Below, piece after piece: positions 46,789 through 57,700 of a stretch of 64,000 nucleotides of DNA. The DNA comes from Gammaproteobacteria bacterium (GTDB taxonomy: Bacteria; Pseudomonadota; Gammaproteobacteria; Natronospirales; REEB76), in NCBI GenBank assembly GCA_027315405.1, contig DAHUYB010000035.1, positions 2,710 through 66,709 of the forward strand, given 5' to 3'. Under the pieces are notes generated by a model. It was not told the origin of the DNA, made no database searches, and was given only the letters and a program-made list of their open reading frames with translations. Each line of letters begins with the position of its first letter. The stretch's first letter is position 1. The translations under genes were made by a program, and so were the position numbers.

Positions 46789-48153
46789 ATGTCGCCTTTT
46801 GACGCCATCCCCCGCCTGAGCCTCCAAGAACACGCCGCTCAGCAACACCTGCACCTCAAGCCCTGGGACTCACTTTACCGGACGGCGATCGTGCTGGGAC
46901 TCATAGCTGCCCTGTACCTGAGCTTCCGCTGGCAGTTGTTCCAGCCGCTGCTGCATGCCGCCCAGGAACATCACTGGACGCGCTTCATCGTGCATCCCAG
47001 CATCCTGTGGATGCTCATGGGTTTTTCGATGCTGTTTTTCCGGACACTGTTGTGGTTCCGTTACCGCACCCCGCCGGTGGCCGGTTTCAGCGATGCCCCC
47101 ACGCTGACGGTGATCATCCCCGCCTATAACGAAGGCCCCATGGTCTCCCAGTCCATCGATTCCGTGGCTGTTGCTCACTACCCGTACGGACGGCTGGAGA
47201 TTTTCGTGGTGGACGATGGCAGCGGCGACGACACTTGGGAACATATAGAGGCGGCCGCCCAGCGTCATCCGGGGCTGGTCACCACCTTGCGCTTTCCCCA
47301 GAACCGCGGCAAACGCGCGGCCTTGGAAGCCGGTTTCCGTCACGCCCGCGGTGACATCATCGTGACGATCGATTCCGACAGTGTCATCGAGCGCGACACC
47401 CTGTTGGCCATGGCCGGACCTTTCCGCAACCCGAAAATCGGCGCGGTGGCCGGCCGGGTTTCGGTTTATAACCGGGGTGATGGCTTGATTCCGCGCATGC
47501 TCAAAGTACGCTACGCTCTTAGTTTCGATTATCTGCGCGCGGTGCAATCCACCTATGGCACGGTGTATTGCTGCCCCGGGGCGCTCGCGGGCTACCGTGC
47601 CAGCGTGGTGCGCGCGGTGCTGGATCGCTGGGTGAATCAGAAATTCATGGGCGTGGCCTGCACCTACGGCGAGGACCGCTCCATGACCAATTACATCCTC
47701 GCCCAGGGCTATGACACCGTCTATCAGCGCGCGGCTGTGGTGCATACCGTGGTGCCGCTTACCTATGCGCGGCTCTGCAAGATGTTCCTGCGCTGGGACC
47801 GGAGCTACGTGCGCGAGGAAATCCGCTTCGCACGCATCGTGTGGACACGTCCGCCGGCGGCGCGCGCCATCGCCGTTACCGACGCCATCGTAACCAATCT
47901 GCGCTATCCGGTAAGTTGGGCGGCACTGGTGCTGCTGGTGGCCATCATCATCTGGCACCCGGCTACGCTGGTGCGTTTCCTTTGCGTTATCGGCATCATG
48001 GCTTCCTTCAACATGCTCTACTACTTGCGCAGTGAACGCTCCTGGGATTTCGTGTACGGCATTTTCTATTCCTATTATTCCGCCTTTGCGCTGTTCTGGA
48101 TTTTTCCCTATGCAGTGCTCACGGTGCGCGCCAAATCCTGGCTGACGCGTTGA
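46789..48153 (+). CDS. membrane-embedded family-2 glycosyltransferase (processive synthase-like)
   Basis: VIIPAYNE, VVDDGSGDD, TIDSDS, GEDRSMT and a LRWDRS (QxxRW-like) motif. TM segments lie on both sides of the catalytic domain. Confidence 0.8.
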   Translation: MSPFDAIPRLSLQEHAAQQHLHLKPWDSLYRTAIVLGLIAALYLSFRWQLFQPLLHAAQEHHWTRFIVHPSILWMLMGFSMLFFRTLLWFRYRTPPVAGFSDAPTLTVIIPAYNEGPMVSQSIDSVAVAHYPYGRLEIFVVDDGSGDDTWEHIEAAAQRHPGLVTTLRFPQNRGKRAALEAGFRHARGDIIVTIDSDSVIERDTLLAMAGPFRNPKIGAVAGRVSVYNRGDGLIPRMLKVRYALSFDYLRAVQSTYGTVYCCPGALAGYRASVVRAVLDRWVNQKFMGVACTYGEDRSMTNYILAQGYDTVYQRAAVVHTVVPLTYARLCKMFLRWDRSYVREEIRFARIVWTRPPAARAIAVTDAIVTNLRYPVSWAALVLLVAIIIWHPATLVRFLCVIGIMASFNMLYYLRSERSWDFVYGIFYSYYSAFALFWIFPYAVLTVRAKSWLTR

Positions 48154-48251
48154 TTTTGTGTTTGGCATTACGGCCGGGACGGCCGCTGCCACAAGCCACT
48201 GATGCAGGCAGTATGGCTGCTTCCGCAAATCGGGTGTGCACGAGCCCGTGG

Positions 48252-50453
48252 CTAAAACGCCTTCTGCAACTCGATAAACGTCGCGCGGCCGTCGCCGGGA
48301 AAATAGCGGTAGTTACCGAAACTGTAGTCGGCGCGCTCCGCATAGGCCTTGTTGGTGAGATTGGTGACGCGCAGTGTCAGCGACCAGCCGCGCACCAGGG
48401 ATTTCTCCGCGTACACGTTCAATAGGTCCTGGCCGCCGTAACGGTGCCGGTTGGATTCGTCGAGGAAATAACCGCCCACGTGCGTCCAGGCAAGCTCCAG
48501 TTGCGTGCCGCCGACGCTCCGCCAGCGCAGGCGCACGCTGCCGAGACTGCGGGGCGCATATTTCACGTCGTTGCCGGCGGTGATGTAGTTTCCCTGGCCG
48601 AGGTTCTGGCTGAAGGCATAGCTGTGTACCGCATAGGCGCCATCCAGCAGCACGGCGAGGGACGAAGTCAGCGCGTAGTTGAGGGTGAACTCCACGCCGC
48701 GCGAGCGGATGCGGCCATCGCTCACGTTGAACCCGTTGGCGTCGCGAAAGATGAAATGGTTCTGGAGCTGGTAATAGGCATCCGTGTCCCAGCCGAACCG
48801 GCCCGCCTGTCCGCGCCAGCCGAGTTCAAAGGCATTCAGCGTTTCCGAATGCAGGTCGGCCACGGACTGCTGGCGCTGCAGCTCGTAAAGCTCGGTGGTC
48901 TGGGGCGCGCGAGCGCCGCGGCCGATGTTGAAATACAGCGTCTGTGAGGCAGTCGCGAGATAGCTCACGCCGAACTTCGGCAGCAGATTCACGAACTGAT
49001 CCGCGCGGTCCGCCGGCCGGTTGAACAAACATCCGCCGAACGAGCAGGGTATGCCGTTGGCCTGGGTGTTGCCCACGTGGAGGAAATTCACATAAGTGTA
49101 GCGCACACCCTCCAGGCGCACGCCTCCGGAAAACAGCCACTGCGGATTCCAGTAATGGGTCACGTCCACATACGCGGCCAGCGTGCGACTGTCGGCGGCA
49201 TAGTCGTAATGCAAACCCCGCGGGCGGATGGCGGCCTGCGGCGGCGGCAGCGTGGTTACCGGACCCGGCTGGAACTCCATCACGCTACCGTGGGCGTATT
49301 CCGCGTCACTGCCGTAGATCACCGATGTGGTTGCTGACAGGGTATCGCGCAGTTTCACCTGTACGCCGGCGCTGTTGGCGGCCGTGGTGGCGATAGGCTC
49401 TCCCGGCAGGTAGTGCTCGGTAAAGCTCATCCAATTGTGACGCGCGTAAGGCGTGATGTCCAACTCGCGGTCATGCGCCAGTTTCAACCGCCATTTCTGC
49501 AACACGCGCACACTCCGCGCATCGCGGAACGCGCCGGGGGTGGGATTGGAAGAGCGCAAGGCCGGATTCTCATACGCATCCAGGCCATAAATATAGCCGG
49601 CGGTCTTCTGATTGAGGTTAGTGGCTTCCAGCAGCGTCTCGTGGCTTACCGCGTTGTCGTCATGGTCAAGGCGCAGCGTCAATTTCTGCTGCGCGTAACC
49701 GGAATCCGCGCGGAAACCATCGCTGTGCGCGGCATTGGCACTGACACGGAACCCGTCCGTGCCGTTCCACCCGCCGACACTCGCCTCGACACGGGTGTAA
49801 TCATTGGCACCGCGTTCGACAGTCACACTGCTCCGTGGCAGGGACTCCGGTGGACGCGTGAGCACGTTGATGATGCCATTCAGCGCATTGGAGCCGTACA
49901 GCACCGAACCGGGTCCGCGGATCACCTCCACCGCATCCGCCTGCTCGGTGTTGATTTCGAACAGAGCGTTCACGTCGCAGAAACCGGCCGGCTGGATGGG
50001 CACGTCGTCTTCCAGCAGCAGGAAGGCGCCGCAGGCACCGGCGCCGGTAAACAGCGGCGAACGGATGGCCATGAGACTTTCCTGGCCGCTGCCCGCCGTG
50101 ATCCACACGCCCGGGACCGTAGTCAGCAACTGGGAGGGCTGGGTTGCGCCCAGCAGATTCAGCGTAGCGCTGTCCATACGCACGGTGTTATCCGGCAGGA
50201 TTCGCACCGGCACCGGTGCGCCCGTGTCCGTCACCACCACCTGTCCCAGTTGCACGGTGTTATCACCAGCCCACGCTCCGTGGCTAAGCCACAGGCACAA
50301 TCCCCATGCGGAGCAGGCCAGCAGGCGTCGCAGAATGCGGCGGAGACCGCCGCTCCCAGCCCAAAACCCATTATCAGATCGCTGCCATTGGAAGCAGGTA
50401 TCTTGGTCGCGGGAGCGCCGGTACCCGTCGCGATACCTGTCTTCCGATTTCAT
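48252..50453 (-). CDS. TonB-dependent outer-membrane receptor
   Basis: Plug motifs (VEVIRGPGSVLYGSNALNGIINV), a long beta-barrel and a C-terminal ...FIELQKAF. ATG 50453 overlaps the upstream stop (ATGA) but leaves an unusually long segment before the signal peptide. Confidence 0.8.
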   Translation of the reverse strand: MKSEDRYRDGYRRSRDQDTCFQWQRSDNGFWAGSGGLRRILRRLLACSAWGLCLWLSHGAWAGDNTVQLGQVVVTDTGAPVPVRILPDNTVRMDSATLNLLGATQPSQLLTTVPGVWITAGSGQESLMAIRSPLFTGAGACGAFLLLEDDVPIQPAGFCDVNALFEINTEQADAVEVIRGPGSVLYGSNALNGIINVLTRPPESLPRSSVTVERGANDYTRVEASVGGWNGTDGFRVSANAAHSDGFRADSGYAQQKLTLRLDHDDNAVSHETLLEATNLNQKTAGYIYGLDAYENPALRSSNPTPGAFRDARSVRVLQKWRLKLAHDRELDITPYARHNWMSFTEHYLPGEPIATTAANSAGVQVKLRDTLSATTSVIYGSDAEYAHGSVMEFQPGPVTTLPPPQAAIRPRGLHYDYAADSRTLAAYVDVTHYWNPQWLFSGGVRLEGVRYTYVNFLHVGNTQANGIPCSFGGCLFNRPADRADQFVNLLPKFGVSYLATASQTLYFNIGRGARAPQTTELYELQRQQSVADLHSETLNAFELGWRGQAGRFGWDTDAYYQLQNHFIFRDANGFNVSDGRIRSRGVEFTLNYALTSSLAVLLDGAYAVHSYAFSQNLGQGNYITAGNDVKYAPRSLGSVRLRWRSVGGTQLELAWTHVGGYFLDESNRHRYGGQDLLNVYAEKSLVRGWSLTLRVTNLTNKAYAERADYSFGNYRYFPGDGRATFIELQKAF

Positions 50454-52432
50454 TGCGGCAGAGCAAATGCAATGACGTAATCGCCGCGCGTGCCGAAACC
50501 ATCGCCGTGACCGCCGGCGGCGATCACCACATACTGGCGGCCGCCCACGGCATAGGTCATGGGCGTGGCTTGGCCGCCCGCCGGCAGTTTGTACTGCCAC
50601 AACATTTTGCCGCTGTGAAGATCGAAGGCACGGATATCAGCGTCCACGGTGGCGGCAATGAATATCAGGCCACCAGCGGTGACGATGGGCCCGCCGATAT
50701 TGGGTACGCCCAGGTTCCAGTGATTGAACAACGCGTTACCGAGCGGCACCTGCCATTTGATTTGGCCGGTTTGCATATCCACCGCCGCCAGTTGTCCCCA
50801 GGGCGGTTTCACGCAGGGGATGTGCAATGGCGACAGGAACACCGAGCGGCGCCGGCCATACGGCGTGCCGGCCATGGGCGCGAGATCCCAGCCTTTGTAT
50901 TTGATTTTGTAATTACCGGAGTGAATCAGAGCTTCATATTCGTCGCGCGGTATCAGTGCATCCAGCCATGGCAGGTTCATGGTGTTGACCACGGCAAGCT
51001 GATGCACGGGATCGAAAGCGATGCCGCCCCATTCCACGCCGCCCGCATTGCCCGGCTGTTCAATCGTGGTTTTCAGGCCCGGCGGCGTGAAGATGCCTTC
51101 GGAATGATATTGCTTGATGAGCGCGCGGCACTTACCCTCGTCCCAGAAGGTCAGCCCCCAGGCATCGCCCTCCGTCACCGGCCCCTGTCGCACCAGCGGC
51201 TTCGGCAGAACCGGAAACGGCTGGCTCTTGGACAGCACTTCACCGGGTACGCCATCCTGGGGCACGGGTTTTTCCACAATCGGAAAAATCGGCGCGCCGG
51301 TTTCACGGTTGAAGGTAAACAGCATACCGGTCTTGGTGGCTTCAATTACCGCCGGCACATGCTGGCCGTCGTGGATCAAGTCCACCAGCGACGGCTGTGC
51401 CACGGTGTCGTAATCCCAGAGATCGTGGTGCACCAGCTGGTAAGCCCATACCAGCTTGCCGGTATCGGCATTGAGCGCCACCACCGAGTCCGCCCAGCGG
51501 TTGTCGCCCGGCCGCTCGCCTCCGAAATAGTCGGCACTTGGGGAAGTCGTGGGCACGAACACCAGATGGCGCGCTGGATCGGCCGACAGCGGCGGCCAGG
51601 CATTCGCGCCACCCACGGTTTTTGCTGCTGCCGGCGTCCACTCCTGGTACTCCGGATTGGAGGGATCGCGCGGAATCGGATCCCAACTCCAGATTAACTT
51701 GCCGGTGCGAGCATCGAAGGCGCGCACCGTGCCACGCTCCGAGTCCACCAGGCGGTCATCGCCAATGGACGATCCGACGATTACCTTGCCGTCAATTACC
51801 ACCGGCGGTGATGTCACCAGATAATTTATGTACTCGCCGCCTTTGTAAGTGAAGTGGATATTTTGCGAGAGATCCAGAACACCACGATCTGCAAAATCCT
51901 GACAGAGCTTGCCGGTAACCGTATCCAGCGCCAAGAGACGGTGATTCAGCGTAGGCGCGAAAATGCGCGCATGGCAGGGCGCATCTGACAGCGACTGGTC
52001 GTCCACCCACAACGAGACGCCACGCGAGGCCGCGTCGGAGTACCAGATTTTTTTCACGTTTGAGTCGTAGCGCCAGCGCAGTTTCCCCGTGGCCGCGTCC
52101 ACCGCGTCCACGTTGGTTTCGCTGGTGGTGAAGTAGAGGGTGCCGTCGTAGAGGATGGGCGTCGCCTCGAAGGTCATGTGCGACTTCCATTCATCGCCCG
52201 GAAAGCCTTGGCCGGTCTCACCGGTGCGGAAAATCCAGGCTACCTTGAGATGCTTGACGTTTTGCGGGGTGATCTGGGCCACCGGCGAATAACGCGTACC
52301 GCCGGGATTACCGCCGTAATAACTCCAGTCGGTATCCGGCACCGGTGCGAGCGGCGCCTGTCCACCCCCACAACCTGCGACGGTCAAGGCCACCGCCAGC
52401 GTCATCCAGCCATATCGGAAAAGCGTGTGCAT
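50450..52432 (-). CDS. PQQ-dependent dehydrogenase, glucose/quinate/shikimate family, lipoprotein-anchored
   Basis: Lipobox LTVAGC. WSYYGGNPGGTRYSPVAQITPQNVKHLKVAWIFRTGE resembles the start of the periplasmic domain of Gcd. Eight-bladed propeller length. The 5-TM N-domain of Gcd is absent. Confidence 0.8.
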   Translation of the reverse strand: MHTLFRYGWMTLAVALTVAGCGGGQAPLAPVPDTDWSYYGGNPGGTRYSPVAQITPQNVKHLKVAWIFRTGETGQGFPGDEWKSHMTFEATPILYDGTLYFTTSETNVDAVDAATGKLRWRYDSNVKKIWYSDAASRGVSLWVDDQSLSDAPCHARIFAPTLNHRLLALDTVTGKLCQDFADRGVLDLSQNIHFTYKGGEYINYLVTSPPVVIDGKVIVGSSIGDDRLVDSERGTVRAFDARTGKLIWSWDPIPRDPSNPEYQEWTPAAAKTVGGANAWPPLSADPARHLVFVPTTSPSADYFGGERPGDNRWADSVVALNADTGKLVWAYQLVHHDLWDYDTVAQPSLVDLIHDGQHVPAVIEATKTGMLFTFNRETGAPIFPIVEKPVPQDGVPGEVLSKSQPFPVLPKPLVRQGPVTEGDAWGLTFWDEGKCRALIKQYHSEGIFTPPGLKTTIEQPGNAGGVEWGGIAFDPVHQLAVVNTMNLPWLDALIPRDEYEALIHSGNYKIKYKGWDLAPMAGTPYGRRRSVFLSPLHIPCVKPPWGQLAAVDMQTGQIKWQVPLGNALFNHWNLGVPNIGGPIVTAGGLIFIAATVDADIRAFDLHSGKMLWQYKLPAGGQATPMTYAVGGRQYVVIAAGGHGDGFGTRGDYVIAFALPQ

Positions 52433-52552
52433 AAGCCACCTCCTGCTTGGGTGGGGTGAAAATAGTCGCGCGGCGCTGAGCACTCAACAGCCAGGGTGAC
52501 GAGCGGCGGCATATTGGGTCGAGCGGCGCCGCTGCACGGCTAAGCGGTCGGC

Positions 52553-53434
52553 TCAGGAATTGAAAAGCTGCGGCAGGCGGCTGCGGTAGCGGCGGCTGAA
52601 GTTCACGAAGCTGCCGTCCTTGAGCAGGATGCGGTAGTCGCCGCTGTCCCAGGGTTGGATTTCACGGATGCGATCCAAATTCACGATGTGGCCGCGGTGC
52701 ACGCGTGCGAAGCGTTTGGGATCAAGGCGCTTTTCCAGCGCGGCGAGCGATTCGCGGAGCGGATAGACTGCGCCTTGGGCATGGATGGTGACGTAGTTGC
52801 CATCCGCCTCGATGCGGTCAATATCCGCGGTGTTGAGGATGAACTCACGGTTGAGTTTTCTCACCACCAACCGTTCGATACCGGACTGGATGGGACCGGC
52901 GCTTGGGGCGTGCGTGGATGTCTGAGGCAGGCGGCTTTCCAGCCACAGGCGATAGATGCGGAAGGCATATAGCGCGGCAATAATCAGCCAGTAAGAGATG
53001 AAGTCCTTGCGGTACTCGTAAAACCAGCTGGACAGCGGAGGGCCGAAAAGGTAATACCGCCCGGCCGCCATATACGCCACCTGGCGCAGCGCTACCATAC
53101 CGCTGACATGCACAATGGAAAACGGAACGGTCGCGAGCAGATGCGCAGGCACGCTCCAGGGCCATGAGCGTGCAGTGATCAACAGGCGGTCATTCAGCCA
53201 CGCAATCGCCGGAATCAACAGCCACACCAGGATCGCGCTGCTATATTCCCAGGTGAACGGCTCCCAGGGAGACAAGGACCGGCCTTCCCGGGCAAAATTG
53301 CTGAGATCGGTCAGTGCGTTCACCGTCGTGATAGCTGCGACTGTCCCACCAAAAACAATGAACTGCCATAACCGCACGCGCCGGCGGATGGCCAGCATCT
53401 GCCCTGCCTTTATATCAACCCCGTTATGCCCCAT
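52553..53434 (-). CDS. membrane-embedded LytTR-domain DNA-binding protein
   Basis: Four predicted TM helices, then a C-terminal LytTR pattern (IDRIEADGNYVTIHAQG...RVHRGHIVNLDRIREI). No receiver domain. Confidence 0.75.
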   Translation of the reverse strand: MGHNGVDIKAGQMLAIRRRVRLWQFIVFGGTVAAITTVNALTDLSNFAREGRSLSPWEPFTWEYSSAILVWLLIPAIAWLNDRLLITARSWPWSVPAHLLATVPFSIVHVSGMVALRQVAYMAAGRYYLFGPPLSSWFYEYRKDFISYWLIIAALYAFRIYRLWLESRLPQTSTHAPSAGPIQSGIERLVVRKLNREFILNTADIDRIEADGNYVTIHAQGAVYPLRESLAALEKRLDPKRFARVHRGHIVNLDRIREIQPWDSGDYRILLKDGSFVNFSRRYRSRLPQLFNS

Positions 53435-53472
53435 GTCTGACCCATATTATTCCGGCGCGCCATTCTAACCCT

Positions 53473-53811
53473 TCAAGGCGACGGCAGTCCGGCCGCTTCA
53501 TCAACCACATGCTCCTCCGGCAGTGCCACACTCGGCATGGGATGCACCTCGAAACTGAAACCGGCATTGGCTTTTATGACCGGATCGTCGGCACCGAGAG
53601 AATATACGTCGGCTGCATCTTGAAGCCGGATGATGGCGATGCCGTAAGCGCCCTTGGGATCAGCGACCGGTCCGAAAGCGATGACCCAACCATTTTGCAT
53701 GAGGCCGCGCCAATAGACGGCATGCTCCTGCATCAGCGTGCGTTCCGCAGGCGTCATGTCGGCAGGAAAGCTCAGGCGCGGCGGATTGAGTTTGTATAGA
53801 AAATAGTTCAT
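53473..53811 (-). CDS. YciI-family protein
   Basis: 112 aa. FLYKLNPPR...HAVYWRGLMQNGWVIAFGPV is a YciI-like pattern. Confidence 0.6.
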   Translation of the reverse strand: MNYFLYKLNPPRLSFPADMTPAERTLMQEHAVYWRGLMQNGWVIAFGPVADPKGAYGIAIIRLQDAADVYSLGADDPVIKANAGFSFEVHPMPSVALPEEHVVDEAAGLPSP

Positions 53812-53897
53812 TTGATGTCCCCGGTGGATGTTCAGGATGGGTTTTGCCGAGAAAATCCCTGATGACTGTCAACGACTATCACAGCCCGCTTGCGCAC

Positions 53898-54725
53898 TCA
53901 ATGCGGCTTTGCGGTCAGCAGAACGTGCATCTCCGCATGGGAAATAATGCGGCTGATGAAATCGAAGCTGCCGGTGTTATGCAACTCCCGCGCCGCCTGG
54001 CGGATGACGGTGAGCGCCGCCCGCGCCAGCGCGCCGCCCACACTCACCCGCGCTACGCCCAGGTCTTTCAGTTCCGGAAGCGGCGGCGTGCCGGCAGCAG
54101 CGAGGATATTGATGGGTCCGTGTACAGCCTTGACCAGCCGGCCGATGGTGGCGGCGTCACTCACGAACGGCAGGAACAGGCAGTCGGCGCCTGCTTCCCG
54201 GTAGGCGTTGGCGCGGCGCACCGCTTCCGCGCAGGCATCGCCCTGGAAATAACCCGGATGAAAGGCATCGGTGCGCGCATTGATGACCAGCGGCACGTCC
54301 GCTGCCGCTCGCGCGGCCCGCACTCGTGCCACAGCCTGGTCTAAGGGTAACAATACGCCGCCGCGGGAATCTTCCAGATTGAAACCGGCAACACCGGCCG
54401 TCACGGCCAACCGCACGGTTTCCGCCACCGCCCGCGTGTTCGCGCCGTAACCCGCTTCCAGGTCGGCGCTCACCGGCACGGCTACCGCCCGCACGATGCG
54501 CGCCACCGCGGCCAGCATCTCCTCACGGCTCAGATGTTCGCCATCCGCGTAGCCGAGGGCATTGGCTACGCCGGAACTGGTAGTGGCGATGGCCGGAAAC
54601 CCCAACGATTCCACCACGCGTGCACTGGCCGCATCCCAGGCGTTGAGCAGCAGCAGTGGCTCGGGACCGTGGTGCAGCGCCCGCAACACCTCCGCCTTGC
54701 GGCGCAGCGCGGCGGAGTCCTTCAT
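53898..54725 (-). CDS. isocitrate lyase/PEP mutase superfamily enzyme
   Basis: LLLLNAWDAASARVVE...AIATTSSGVA...DLEAGYG...GFNLEDS motifs. 275 aa. Its start lies 1 nt after the upstream stop. Confidence 0.8.
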   Translation of the reverse strand: MKDSAALRRKAEVLRALHHGPEPLLLLNAWDAASARVVESLGFPAIATTSSGVANALGYADGEHLSREEMLAAVARIVRAVAVPVSADLEAGYGANTRAVAETVRLAVTAGVAGFNLEDSRGGVLLPLDQAVARVRAARAAADVPLVINARTDAFHPGYFQGDACAEAVRRANAYREAGADCLFLPFVSDAATIGRLVKAVHGPINILAAAGTPPLPELKDLGVARVSVGGALARAALTVIRQAARELHNTGSFDFISRIISHAEMHVLLTAKPH

Positions 54726-54726
54726 A

Positions 54727-57700
54727 TCACTGTTTTAGCGGCGCGCGACCGGCATTTTGCAGCGCGGCATTGAACTGCGGCAGATCCCTCAATTGTAGCT
54801 GACGCCACTGGTGCATGACCGGCGCCAGCAGTTTCTGTTGGCGCTTGAAACCGGTGCGCGCGTCCGGAGTAGGTGCGGCATCGGCGCTCTCCACCGCCTG
54901 TTCGAGATTCGCGAGTGCGCCCCCGAAATAGTTCAGGTTTTCCAGGTTGACAGGTGGCACGCCCACGGAATCGTCGGGATTGGCGGGCGCGACCCCGCCG
55001 ATGGTACCCAGCTTGCGCGTGAGCGCCGCCGCCTGCTCGGCGAGCGCACCCTTGAGGCCGTGGAGCGCCTGCAACTGCGCCAGCAAGGATTCAATACTGT
55101 GGCTGGCCTCGGCCACCTGCACGCGCGCCGACTCAATCTGCTGCGCGAACTCGAGTTGGTGACGCAGGCTGATGGTGAAGATTTTCACACGCGGGTCTTC
55201 CAGCACCGTGAGCGGCTGGCTGTAGGATTTGCCGTTCACCGAGAGTTTCAGCGTGTATTTGCCGGGCACCACCCACAGACCGCCGCCGGCTTGACCGTGG
55301 CTTTTGAGCGCCGACGGAAGCGCGTAACGCAGATCCCAAACGAAGCGGTGCACGCCGACGCCGGCCGACAGCGGCGTCGGTCGCGTAACCCAGTCGGGCG
55401 TGGAATTGATCTTGGAGAGGTTAATTGTCTCCGCCGGAGTGTCGCTGCTGAAATGCTGCACCGGATTCCCCAGCATGTCATAGATGTCCAGCGTCACCGG
55501 CGTGTAAGCGGGTGACTTCAGGTAGTAATCGATGTAGGCGCCCAGCGGCGGGTTTTTCGCATGCGGCTCGTCAACCGGCAACGGCGTACCGGTGAACCCC
55601 GCCGGCAACACCCGATAGGCAGGTGCCGGCTTGAACAACCAGGCGGACGCCTGCGCCACCTTGGCAGTGAGCTGCCGCAACGGCGCCACATCATCCATGA
55701 TCCAGAAACCGCGGCCGTGGGTGGCGATCACCAAGTCGCCGTCATGCACGTCAATATCGCGCACCGACGTCACCGGCAGATTCTGCTGCAGGCTTTGCCA
55801 ATGAGTGCCGTCGTCGAAGGACACGTAGATGCCCCTCTCGGTGCCGGCGTACAGCAATCCCGGTTTCGTCGGGTCCTCGCGCACCACATTGACGAAACTG
55901 CCGTCGGGAATGCCGCTCACCCTCAGCTTCCAGGATTTTCCGCCGTTGTGAGTGACATAGATGTACGGCTGGTAATCGTTGAGCCGGTGACGGTCAACGG
56001 CCAGGTAGGCGGTGGCGGCGTTGAAATGCCCGGCTTCGATGCTGGCCACTTTCGACCAGGGTGTGAGTGGCGGCGGGGTAACGTTAAGCCAATGCTTGCC
56101 GGTATCATGGGTTACCCATACCAGCCCGTCGTCGGTGCCGGCCCAGATAAGGTCGGCTTTAAGCGGCGAGGGCGCGATACTGTAGATCACGCCACGGCGG
56201 GGAGTTTTGACCGAGGCATCCACGGCCGTAACCGCATCCAGGTTGGATGGCACCCCCGGATTCGGGCGCGACAGATCCGGACTGATGATACTCCAGTGCC
56301 GTCCGCCGTCGGTGGTGCGGAACATCTTCTGATTGGCGAAATACAGTGCATGGGTATCGGCCGGCGAGAACGCCAGCGGCATGGTCCAGACGCTGCGGTA
56401 CAAGCCGGGGTAGGCGAGCGTGGGGCCGACGCTTTGGGTCTGGCCGGTGGCGATGTCGAGGCGGTCGACGCCGCCGCCGTAATCGCTGCCGTACACATAA
56501 TTAAAGTTGCGGGGGTCCACCGCCAGATAACCGCTCTCGCCGCCGGCGGTGATTTCGCGGAACTGCATCATGCCGATGCCGTCGGTGGTATTGGTGCGGC
56601 TCGGCAGGGCCGCGGCGCCCGAGTCCTGCTGCGCGCCGTACACCCAATAGGGGAAACGGTTGTCGGTGGTCACGTGATAAATCTGGGCGATGGGCTGGTT
56701 GTACCAGCTTGACCAGGTCTTGCCGTCGTCGAGGCTGACGATCACGCCCTGATCCGAACCGGCGATCATATGCGCGGAATTGTCCGGATCGATCCACAGG
56801 CTGTGATAATCGTCGCCGGTGGGATCGCCCTTCAGGGGCAGGAAGGTTTTGCCGCCGTCGCTGGATTTGTAGATAACCGTGTCGCACACGTACACGATGT
56901 CGGGATTCTTGGGGTCCACCGTCACACCGCTGAAGTACCAGCCGCGCTGCCAGATGCGTTGATCATTCGATACTCGCGTCCAATTCACGCCGCCGTCGCT
57001 GGACTTATAAAGCCCGCCCTGGTCGGCATCCACCAGCGCGTACACGATCTGCGGATTGCTGGGCGCTACCGCCACACCGATGCGACCCACGCCCTCGTCG
57101 GGAAATCCGCGGCCGCTGATCTGCGTCCAATGGTCGCCGGCGTCGTGACTTACATACAGGCCGCTGCCGGGGCCTTTGGAGGGCGGATACACGTTCCACG
57201 GCGGCCGGCGCGTCTGCCAGAGGGCGGCAAACAGGGTCTGGTCGTTACCGCCGAAGGCCAGGTCAATGGCGCCGGTGTTGTCGTTCTTGTACAGCACCTT
57301 CTTCCAGGTGCGGCCGCCGTCGCTGCTCTTGAACACGCCGCGTTCGGCGTTGGCCCCATAGGCATGGCCCAGGGCCGCCACATAGACGGTATCGGCGTTT
57401 TTTGGGTCCACCAGCACGGCGCCGATCTGCTGACTATCGGTCAGTCCGATATGGGTCCAGTGCCGGCCGCTGTCCGTGGATTTATACATGCCGTTGCCGT
57501 AGCCAATGTCCGAGCGCATATCCGCTTCGCCCGAGCCCACATAAATAACCTTGGGATCGGAGGGCGCCACGGCCAGCGCACCGATGGAACCCACGGGCTG
57601 CTGGTCGAAAATCGGGGCCCAGGTGCGGCCGGCGTTATGGGTTTCCCAGACGCCGCCGTCCACGGCGCCGAAATAAAAATGGTTGGGCTCGCCGGGCACG

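Noticed and set aside
46870-48228. 452-aa minus-strand ORF opposite the GT2 gene
   Set aside because: The GT2 frame carries a complete catalytic motif set. The antisense frame has none and has shadow-ORF composition.
49413-51697. 355-aa and 463-aa plus-strand ORFs opposite the TonB-dependent receptor and PQQ-dehydrogenase genes
   Set aside because: These are antisense to genes with clear family motifs. Their translations are Arg/His/Gly-rich and motif-free.
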